Sequence record: OR532817.1
DNA length: 64,000 nucleotides
Direction: 5' to 3' (one strand)
Shown here: positions 9,986 through 21,300 of the stretch, piece after piece
Layout of the letters: every line of letters starts with the position of its first letter
Position numbering within the stretch: the first letter of the stretch is position 1
Notes under the pieces: model-generated
Database searches by the model: none
Told to the model about the DNA's origin: nothing
The model's input: the letters and a program-made list of their open reading frames with translations, nothing else
Translations under genes and position numbers: made by a program

Positions 9986-12295
9986 ATGAATCTACAAAAA
10001 CTATTTAAAGTAAGCGATGATCTGGCAACTTCTCTTGGTCATACATATCTTACTATTGACCATATTAGTGCTACACTTCTTGAAGTTGATAGTATTGTAG
10101 AACTATTCAATACCATGAATATTGATACAAATAAACTTCACAGTCGTGTGATGAATTTTCTGAAAAGTACTGAATATCCAAATCAACCGGCTAGTATGTC
10201 AGCTAATGGGACTAACAGTAGTTCTTTGTTGGTAAATCGCGTATTCAATGAACTGTCAAAAAAATCAGTTATTGAACAACTTAAACGTGATGATTTTACA
10301 ATTGATTCATACTTTGTACTATTTGAATGCTTGTCTTTCCCTAATACAGCACTAGAAGCTGCGTTAAAAGAAGAAGGCGTGTCTCGCACTGAAGCAGCAC
10401 GTGCATTACAAAAACATGTGGCGAAAATCGATAGTTCCATCAATCTACAAAGTATTGCTGAAGATCCTAATTCATCAGATAAGAAAGCGACGGCGGGACA
10501 AATGAATGCAATTAAACAAAAAACTCTAGAAGATTTTACTGTAAACCTGACTAAACTTGCACAGGAAGGTAAACTTGACCCAATGATCGGTCGCCAAAAA
10601 GAACTTCAATCACTAATTGAAGTAATGGCACGTAAAAACAAAAAGAATGCTATTCTTACTGGTGATGCAGGAGTCGGTAAAACTCAGATCGTCGATGGTT
10701 TTGCACAAGCCATTGCTGATGGTGACGTACCTGACTATCTGAAAGGTGTTGAGGTATTATCTCTTAACGTTTCTGCTGTAACTGCTGGTACAAAATACCG
10801 TGGTGAATTCGAAGAACGTATGGAAGGTATTATTAAAGAACTTAAAAAACGAGAAAATGTAATTTTGTTCATTGATGAAGTACATATTATGATGGGTGCT
10901 GGTGGTAGCAGTACTGGATCTATGGATATGAGCAATATCATGAAACCAGCACTTTCACGTGGTGATATTCGTGTTATCGGTGCAACAACTTATGAGGAAT
11001 ATCGCCAGAACATTGAAAAAGATGCTGCATTTTCCCGCCGATTCACCAAAATTGATGTAGTTGAACCTAGTATTAACGAAACACGTGAAATTATTAATGG
11101 ACTGAAAGGTACTTATGAAAAATATCACAACGTAACATTCAGTACTGAAACAATTAACTCAATTATTAATCTGAGTTCTAAATTTTTACAAAATAAAAAG
11201 TTTCCAGATAAAGCAATTGATCTGATGGATAGTGCTGCTGCTAAAATTCGTTCAGAAAAACGTTCAGATCTAAAAGTTACGGTACGTGATATTGAAGAAG
11301 TTGTGTCCAGAATCACAAACCTTGATATTAGTGTTATTTCTTGTACTGAAAGTGAACGCATGAATAATCTACCCGATGTTCTACGTTCGCGTGTATTTGG
11401 TCAAGATGAAGCAATCGAAAAATTGGTCGATAACGTTATGGTTGCACGTGCTGGGCTACGTGATAAATCAAGTGTTCAGGGTGCTTTCATGTTTGTTGGA
11501 CCATCTGGTACTGGCAAAACTGAAATCACAAAAGCACTTGCTGAAGCAATGGGTTCTGAGCTAATTCGTTTTGATATGTCAGAGTTTTCGCAAGACCACA
11601 CTGTATCTAAACTTATTGGTTCACCTCCTGGATATGTAGGACATGAAACAGGCAATGGTCAGCTTCTTGATAAAGTTGAACAATTCCCTAATGCAGTACT
11701 TCTACTGGATGAAATTGAAAAAGCACATCCAAAAGTACTGCTGACATTCCTACAAGTATTGGATGAAGGGCGTTTGACTGGTTCACAAGGAAAAACAGTT
11801 TACTTTAATAATATTACTGTTATTATGACTACAAACCTTGGAGCAGCAGATTCCAATAAACGTAGTATCGGTGTAAGTACAGTGGATTCTGCACAAGAAA
11901 AAGCTATTAAAGCATTTTTACCACCAGAATTCATCAATCGCATTGATAGTATTGTTAAATTCAATGAACTATCATCAGAAGCAATTGATAGTGTAATTGA
12001 CAAGTTTATGGGGGCATTGCGTGAACAAGTTAAAGAACGTGGAATTGAAGTGGTACTGACCAAACGTGCACGAGAATATCTTGCAGAGAATGGTGTTCAG
12101 AACGGCATGGGTGCTCGTCCAATGAAACGTTTGATTGAGCAATGCATTCGTGTACCTTTGGCAAAAGAAATGCTTCTAGGCTCTCTGGTGAACGGTGGTA
12201 AGGTAACGTTTGATGTGATTGGTGGTAAGATTGCAATTAAACAAAAAGTTAAAAAATCCACAAAGGAAATTGATTCAGCAGAATTAGAGGCGTAA
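9986..12295 (+). CDS. clpA: ClpA-like AAA+ ATP-dependent unfoldase (769 aa)
   Basis: Clp N-domain; Walker A GDAGVGKT and GPSGTGKT; pore loops AGTKYRGEFE and GYVG; Walker B FIDE and LLDEIEKAH; GARP. No obvious ClpB coiled-coil M domain. Confidence 0.9.
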   Translation: MNLQKLFKVSDDLATSLGHTYLTIDHISATLLEVDSIVELFNTMNIDTNKLHSRVMNFLKSTEYPNQPASMSANGTNSSSLLVNRVFNELSKKSVIEQLKRDDFTIDSYFVLFECLSFPNTALEAALKEEGVSRTEAARALQKHVAKIDSSINLQSIAEDPNSSDKKATAGQMNAIKQKTLEDFTVNLTKLAQEGKLDPMIGRQKELQSLIEVMARKNKKNAILTGDAGVGKTQIVDGFAQAIADGDVPDYLKGVEVLSLNVSAVTAGTKYRGEFEERMEGIIKELKKRENVILFIDEVHIMMGAGGSSTGSMDMSNIMKPALSRGDIRVIGATTYEEYRQNIEKDAAFSRRFTKIDVVEPSINETREIINGLKGTYEKYHNVTFSTETINSIINLSSKFLQNKKFPDKAIDLMDSAAAKIRSEKRSDLKVTVRDIEEVVSRITNLDISVISCTESERMNNLPDVLRSRVFGQDEAIEKLVDNVMVARAGLRDKSSVQGAFMFVGPSGTGKTEITKALAEAMGSELIRFDMSEFSQDHTVSKLIGSPPGYVGHETGNGQLLDKVEQFPNAVLLLDEIEKAHPKVLLTFLQVLDEGRLTGSQGKTVYFNNITVIMTTNLGAADSNKRSIGVSTVDSAQEKAIKAFLPPEFINRIDSIVKFNELSSEAIDSVIDKFMGALREQVKERGIEVVLTKRAREYLAENGVQNGMGARPMKRLIEQCIRVPLAKEMLLGSLVNGGKVTFDVIGGKIAIKQKVKKSTKEIDSAELEA

Positions 12296-12300
12296 AAACA

Positions 12301-12329
12301 AAAGGAGAGCATAAAAGCTCTCCTTTTTT
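12301..12329. terminator. Bidirectional intrinsic terminator
   Basis: AAAGGAGAGC-ataaaa-GCTCTCCTTT between convergent genes. Confidence 0.85.
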
Positions 12330-12330
12330 A

Positions 12331-15300
12331 TTATATAACATTTAACAAGTTATTGAGTACCAAACCGTCAATTTTCAATGAATTAGCATACACACTTACA
12401 TCAATTGGTTTGTAATAATTTTTATAAACACTAAAATTAAGTTCAACACCAAGATTGATACCAGTGAATGTATATGTTTCACCTTTAGCAAAATAGTGTT
12501 CAGCACTATACATATCTGAACGAAGGATATTGTTATTATTTCGCACATGAACTTTTTCATATCCAAGTACGATAATATCATCATAACTAGTACTACCAGT
12601 AATGATATTATCCTTAACACTATATGTACCAACTGAAACTGGCTCCACCACATAAGTGGTATTTTCATTCTCAACTTTAGTAACACTGGTTACTGTACAA
12701 GTTGTATCACCGATATACACTTTATCTGTTAAATCATATGAGTAAGTCCATCTTACACCATCGAACACAGGTTTAATATCATCGACGTCATATTCATATA
12801 CAGTAAACTCTAAACTTTCTGGAGTTCCAATACGAACCAGTTCATCTAATGTACCAACACCAGTATTTGGCATGAAATATCCACTATCAACCACACCATC
12901 AGAAGTTTCAACTAACTCATTAGAGATTAGCCAAACATCCAAATCTAATGGATCTATTTCATCCGTGTAATCACCATTATTCAAAGAAATATCATAGAAT
13001 ACATCATAGTCCATAACATCAACTCTGTAATTTCTTATACTTTCATACAACAAATCACCATTGTTATTGAACTCATGGTCTGCAAAACTTCTAATACGAA
13101 TAACATTTATACTTGTTTTTGTATAAGGTTCACCAGTATTATTAGTGGTTAAATTATTAAACTCAAGTTTATTTCCATTTGAATCAACCAAAGAATAAAT
13201 TCCGTTATTAAGCTCAACTTCAAACATAATAGGTCGATCATTCTCTTTGATTTTATCAGTACTGAGAATAAGTTCATGAGTAAAGTTCTGGTATCTGTAA
13301 TAATCATCACCATCTGGGGTAAACACCATAACTTTATCACCACTATTGAGATTACTATTTTTCATCAAGAATTCAGTACTGCTTATAATACTATCAATAG
13401 TACTGATATAATTATAAGAGTCTTTCTTAATTACAGTGCGGTTTACATAGTTTTGTACCAGACTATATGGAGGAATGCTCACAATAGCTTCTGTACGCTT
13501 GTATGGATTGAGAACAACAAAACCCTCTATCTGGAATCGACTAAAGTCTTTAATCTGCTGTAGAGATGTAGAATCGTTACTATAACCATCTACTGTAAAA
13601 CGCATTTGTGAAATAGCATTAGCACTTGGGTTCAACTCGGAAATATCAATGAAAACTGATTCAGTCAAATCACCTTCGTAGCTCAGTGCGACAGTTTTAT
13701 ATTGAGATTCCAAACCTAAATTATCATAAGCATTCATATCATTATAATACTTCTGCCCCTTGATTCCCTCAAGTACAACCATGTAGTCACTGTACATTGG
13801 ATTATTATCATCCATTTCCAGATCATCCATATCAATCTCAACTGCTGTAACTACTGAACCATCAGTAATGAAAAGATCTTCCATATATTCATCAATGCTA
13901 CGATCATCAGGAATACTAACATAACTACCGTTAATATTGAATCTAATATATTTTCTCGGGATCATTACAAATGCCTGAATATCCATTGATTTACGATTAC
14001 TATTCAGAATATCCTCTGCATATGCATAAGGATCATCACTGTCTTTATCAAACGTGTTACGAATAGCAGTTAGTACATGGATAGCATCTTTGTAATAACG
14101 ACCCTGAGAATCAATATCATATTTGAAACAATAGATACCGTATTCAATTTCCATTACGCTTCTGATGGTTTCTTCATCAGCATCTGGTGTTTCTTCCAAA
14201 ATAAGTTCTCTATAATGGGCGAATAAATCCTCACTAATTTCAAAATATCCCATGTTGAAGTCAGAACTTGAACTAAAACCAAAAGGTAATCTCGTATTCG
14301 GATTATCATTGTAAATTTCACCACTCAGACCACAACCAATGGTATCATGGATTACATCTGAACTCATTGAACTATAAAGTTTTAATCTATTACTCAATGT
14401 ATTATATTGTGAATACATTCTAACATCTTGTGTTAAGTTAGAAGTACTATACAATTCAGAAGTGATTCTGTCTAAATCAGAAGTGAAACTTTCAGTTCTT
14501 TCAGCATCATCAACGTTCAATTTATACCATGCATTGATAGCATCAACCAAATCCAGGCTTGTATCAAAATCAGAATATAGTTCAAACATATCAACAGAAA
14601 TCTGAGTATAAATTTCATCTACCTCAACAACTGGTAGTGTATACTTGAAACGCTGGATTTCATAGTACTGTACATTATCATCAGAATTACTTACATACTT
14701 AGCATTGTTCTCTTCCAGACTTGTAACATCATATAAATCACTATCAGGCTGGCATTGAACATTATCAAATTGCATTGAGATATCAATTTCCTGGAATTTT
14801 CTATCTGGGTAAACGAAGTCGTTTGGTATTGAACCAACTACCACCCATTGTCCAGTACTTTCATTATATTCAGCATATTCATAATCCCAAATATCAGATT
14901 GTGTTTTAACCCAAATTGTACCGTTATATTCATAACCATTTGGATCTAAATCATTACAAACACCATAAACATAATCAGTGTCGGATGTTTTCTGTTCAAT
15001 TTGAGAACGAATTTTAGTCCTGTACGGTTTAACTTCATTGAAATATTCAATAATCTGATTAATCAATTCGTCATTAGTGTAATTTTGTTTAAGTGATTGT
15101 TCTAACCCAACAATATAAATGTATGAAGTTTTGAATACCCAATCAACCACACCCTGTTCAACGTGTACGTATTTAACCATGTCAAATACAATATTACTTT
15201 GAGCTAAATCGAATGTATTTTTGATTAAATCTAATGCACTTCTTACATTAATTTCCTTGTTGCTTAAAGAACCATCACTGTTATAAACTTCATACCCATC

Positions 15301-18300
15301 ATATAAAGATGAATTAAGAGCGATTGTGCTGTTTTGACGCCCAATAGCATTCCAGAATACAGTATTACGTGATGATGTTTTCACATACATTGTCCATCCA
15401 TCTGAATCAGTGATTCGAATAACATCACCAACTTGATAGTTTTTGGTATTAGCTATATCCAGGCTGGCTTCCTGTGTATAATCAGTATTTTCATCATACC
15501 CATCACTATACCAGTCAGCATATTCCCAGTACTGGGTCATGTCAAGAGAAGTACCAAGTGATTCAACATAATCACTCTGTTTAATCATACTATGTTGTCC
15601 TTCACCTAGACCTTCCAGTGTGATTGTTGATGGATTAGCATCAGTACTCTTTGTAGTCATGAATCTTATATAACCATTACTATCGTAGTGGACGAAATAT
15701 ACTGAAGTTGTATCTAGCGGGGATGGTAATACACCAGTACTACTCAAAATTACTGCATCGTTTTCATCGAATTTATCAAAATCAGTTGAGACAACAAATT
15801 CGTTATTGTATGCCAGAACCCTGAATGTAACTGAATTTTCATTCACCTCAGTAGTTTTAACATTGAAAACTTCACTCATTAATACCGTATCAGTTATGAT
15901 ATTTTGTGTTTTGTAATAATTATTTGCACTATCTACAAACGTTCTACGAGCTTCAATCAAATCCATAAACCAGGTTTTAGATGAACCCAACCCTAATTCT
16001 ACATCAGGATAAACAATTTCATTTACTACACCACTCTTCGTGGTTTCGTGTCCTTTCAGAGAATTCCACAGAGAATTCCATATATCTGAATTGAAATTAT
16101 AGCTATCTCCTTCTTTACATAGCTGATATTGTTCATGTTTAATAATATCAACACTATCTTCATGATAAGAAACTGTCAAAATGCTGGTATCATCAGTAAT
16201 TTCATATTGCATATTACTAAGAATGAATGAATTCTCGTTAATTGGTGCAAACCAAGGAACGTCCAGTAAATGTGGATCTTTAATAATACGTGCAATATCA
16301 GTACATGATTTACTTCTGGTGTTAATTGGTGGTACATAAATTGTATCTCTTACCCAGAAATAATAATACGTAACATATGAATCAGTTGTTTCATCATACT
16401 CAATGAATGAAGTATAATTATCCATGATTGCAGTACCAGAAGGTATATACATAGTGTTATTTTTATTATTTTTAGTTTGTTCCTGACAGTATTTGTCCCA
16501 ATTATATGGCTGTACTGGAGATTTAACCCACTCAAGAACATTAATATCACTATGTGGTAGCAATCTACCCCAGTTATAACGACGATATTCATTTGTAGCA
16601 TCTTCATCAATGTCACCATTCTCATCCAGTACTGGGCGAGTGTAATCCAAATAAAATGCAGTACTGGTGTCCCACCATACTTGACCAACTTTCTCAGAAC
16701 CCCATGCTTGAAGAGTTTCTCCATTGCTATTGTACTGAGCAGGGTCTACTGGAGAGATATAAGATACATCTTTCATTGCAGTCCCAGGTAAAACACCATT
16801 AATTGGGTCAAATATATTAAGATATAATTCAGTAATGTTTGTTTTTGAATTATAAGTAGATGGTCTATCAAATAAAGTACTATCTGGAACATCAAAACTG
16901 TATTTTTTATCAATATATGCCTGGCGTTCGGTTGTATCACTGAATCTGGATGTATATTTGTACAGTTTTGGTCTTGTATCTGGATCAGTGAAATTAATTG
17001 TGATACTTGTATCAAACGGAACAACAATTTTAGTTTTATCATCACCTGCCGTGAAATATTGACTTTCTACTGTTAATGCATCTGGCATAAAATATGTATC
17101 ATCAACAAAATAATAATAATCACCATCATCTAATGGAGCTTCGGCATCTAATTGAACAGTACAGTACTGTTCAGCATAAGTATCAGTATTTTCAATTGGA
17201 GTAATTGATAACATAGATACACCAGTATCAACTAAATCAAAAATGTTCCATTCCTGATTCATATCAACGAACATCCACACTGAATCTGGATTTTCACCAT
17301 TATTTTTAATATAATTCATGCGGTCTTCATATGAATCCTGATAAGTCCATGTAGTATAAGATACTTCATTTAAATTAACTGGGCCAATATCAGGTAAATG
17401 GATATTATCACTCTTTCCTGAACGCATCGGGAAGCGGAATTTACCTTTAGGACGAGTAATCCATCTGGAATCTTCACCTTGTGAACCATAATAAACTATT
17501 TCAGTACTACTTGTACTTGTATTAACATCTTTATTAAACGTAACCAGTTGTGGTTCTTGTTTAAAATCACTGTTAATTAATTGAAATTGTAAATTTTTCT
17601 TGGCATTAACGTTTCCATAAGTACCAACTTTAAAAGCCCACTCTTGTAGTGCTTTATATTCATCAGTATTATATGATTTAGATACACGAAGAACGCGTTC
17701 CATTACCAAATTAGAGCCTTTATCTCTAATAAAACCACGATAAAAATCAACACGGTTGGGATTATTAGTGATCATTTGCTGTAAGTAATCACGAGTTTGA
17801 TATCCAATAACATGAGTACTTAGATCATACAGTTGAACATCAGAAACAGGATCATTTGAATCATAATAATGTTGGAAATTAGTAACTAATGTTTCAAATG
17901 ATGGTAATGTACCAGCTTCAAGAATTATAAATCCGGGTGCTTGTAGGCGACCAACCCAGTTATCAGTGATATAACCGTACATTTTCACCAATTCCTGAAT
18001 AGAACCGAATGTAGGTTGATAAATGCTATCACCAAAAATAGTTTTATCATCAAATACCACTGCATGTTCCCATGAACATACACCTAAACGAACCAACGCC
18101 ATGCGTTTATCGGCATCTTCATTAACTCTAACAGTGAAAACATTACCAATTCTTGATGTTTCAACTTCATATGGGTAGATACCACTGTTATCATCGTCCA
18201 ACAGACTCCAGACACCACCATTTGTTTCACTAATACTTTGTACTGAGCCAAAATAAGTTCCGAATTTGGCATTTTTAGAGCTTGGTGTACATGAAATGTA

Positions 18301-21300
18301 ATCACCAATGGTTAAATCTGTGGTACTCCATTGTAAAAAGTACTTAGCAATAGTAGACCAGTCCTGTTGTACCCCAGTGTCATCAACATCTTCAAAAATC
18401 CATCCATGTTCAACAAGATATTGACCATATCCACACAGGAATGTATAAACATCCTGGAATGTGTTAAGAATAGATCCATATTCAAGCGTATCATCTTCTT
18501 TCCATTCCATATAATGAACAACAGTGCGATTTCCTTCAGTTACGGTTACTTTTTTACCATTTTTAACTGGTAATTTATAAGTAAACGTAGCATTAACCAA
18601 ATCATAACCTTTAATAATATAATTACTACCATTGAAAGTGATTTTAACTGCACTAAGAACTTCATTTTTGATATTATTAGAGCGTACCAGTCCGATTGTT
18701 TGGTTTTCTTGTGAAATTAAACCAAACGATTCAGATGTAAATGTTAATTCATTGCTCTTTGTAAATCCACCAAGCTTGTGTGCAATACTGATGTATGAAG
18801 TTCTAACTAAATCACCATATTTTGAAGTAATATTCTTACTTTGATAGGTTAAGTAGTTACTAACAGCCATTTGATAACCAAGAACACGAGTATTATTTTC
18901 ACCATGAACCACCGTATCTGAATTAAAATTCAGTCGAGTTCTGGTTTCTTTGTACTGCAATTGTAAACCACCATTTTTTACAGTTTTTAGTGTATCATTT
19001 AGTGTATCCCAGAAATAATTACAGAATTGTGCTGGTTTTGCACGATATATCTGCATCATTACATCATAACTAAACATTGCGTTATTCATATAGGTGAATT
19101 CGTTGTCACCCATATCACCATAAGACCATGGTGCACTGCGTTCTTTGATCGTACCTTTTACTAAACCAAGAACGTCAGGTTGAATATAATCAACGGTACA
19201 AATTTCTTTACCATTAGTTGAATATTCACCTGTTTTAGTAATTACAAATGGTTGAGTACCAAAACGCTTGTACTTATCATGCTGTCCCTTACGATCTCCA
19301 TATAAAATGGTACCAGTACTGGCATCACCTTTAACACCATTAACATCCCAAAGACCACTTGGTACTAATTCACCACTTTCATTAACAACCAATGCTTCAT
19401 ATACATATAAAATGTCATCTTCATTCGTTCCTACCTGAACTTCAGTTGGTTCATATTCCTGATTCCACCAGGTTGGACGAACACCAAAGCCAAACATTTC
19501 CCATGGATGAGTTGCAGGGCGATAAGTCCCGAACTGATCAGTATATATGGCACGCCAAGAACCACGTGCAGGAAAATCGGTAATTACACCATTAACTGTA
19601 TAATAGGTACCACTATAATTCCACGTCATCCAGTTTTGTTGGTCATAATTATGAGTAGTACTGTCAATTCCGTTGGTTGCAATGAAGTTAATATACCCAC
19701 GTAGTAATAATTCATCACGTTCTTCTGCACTATACTCAGTATCCCTGTAATATGGTGTTGGAAACAGATCTGAACTATCAAGTTCAGGTTGATAATCTTC
19801 ATCTTTGAAAGTATTATCAATACTGTTATAAATTCTATTCTCAAGTTCATAGATAACATCATCCATTTTATCTACACCGTTAATAACACGATAAGATTTG
19901 GTAATTTCACCAGTATGACGAATGTTATATGGTACTTGTTTTGATGCCGCAGTCAGATATACAGTTTTTTCTGGTTTATGTACTTTAAGAACACCCATAA
20001 ATTGTGGTGTAGGTGGAATAAAAGTACGAATTGTAGTTGTAGTGCTCCCTACGCCATCATAATAGAACGCAAAAGTAGAATCTTTACCAACATTGATATT
20101 ACTTAAAATAGCATCACAAATATCACTACTTGAAGTGCTCAAAAATTTACTTGGGTCTTCTTTATACATATTAAGCATGTAGTTTTCAAATCTGTTATTA
20201 AAACGAAGATATTCACCTTGTAAAAACATTAATGCTTCAAAAAGATCAATGTCACTATTAGCAGTATGTGCCATTAGTGGAAGTAGTGATCCTTCGTTTT
20301 GAATAATTTTAGTACCAACAGCATTATCAACTAACCCTTGTTCAAGACGTTCTTCATAATTATTGATATTATCCACGGCACCAGATGTGATATTTTTTTG
20401 TACAATTTCCTGAAAATGTAAAGTATAATTACTTTGATCAATATAAGAAATATTATCACTATATGGGTTATTTTGTAAATTTACTGGAATTTCATAACTA
20501 CCAAGATCGGTATCTGGTACTTCAGTACTACTATAAGTTCTGATTTGAATTACGCTTTCGGAGTCTAAATCAACTGAATCACCAATGGTGATGCTTTGTA
20601 CTTTACCATTAGACACATTTCTAGTATAATCTTCAACTACAACACCATTGACCTGAATTTCAATGATATCTGAACTTCCATCAATGACTTTTTGTGCCAG
20701 TTCATAACTGCGGTTATACAATTCACTCTGGATACCTTCAGTGTTTACCATATGCCAGTCATAATAAGTTTCAGATTCTTCTTTGTAGTATTGATAGGTT
20801 GCATTGGTTTCAATAACATATGCATACATACCATCAATGGCTTGACTGGAAAAGCTTTCCATTTCATATACAGTACTGAACACTCTGTACATATCAGTGC
20901 GTTCAACTTGAGGTGTTTGTTTTACAAATTGTTTAGAAAATTCAGTACTACGAACCCAGTCAGTTTTTAATACACTATCTTCATCACCAATGATATTGTA
21001 ATAATAAAATCCTGGGATTTCTTTAGTTTCACCAGAACTGATGTATTCATAACGAGTACTTTCAATAAAATTTTCGTATATATAATAATTATAATCACCC
21101 AATTCTACATTATATCCATAATAACTATCAACTTTGTAGTTGTAGTTAATTTTTAGTCCAAACAGAGAAGAACCACTGAAGGTACTTGACGGATATACAG
21201 TACTATCTTGTAATTTTACACCATTTCGATCATATAACTGGAAAAGAGGGAATGCATTTGTTCCATTCTTTTTCTGAGTTGCAATCCAGTTATGCCCATT

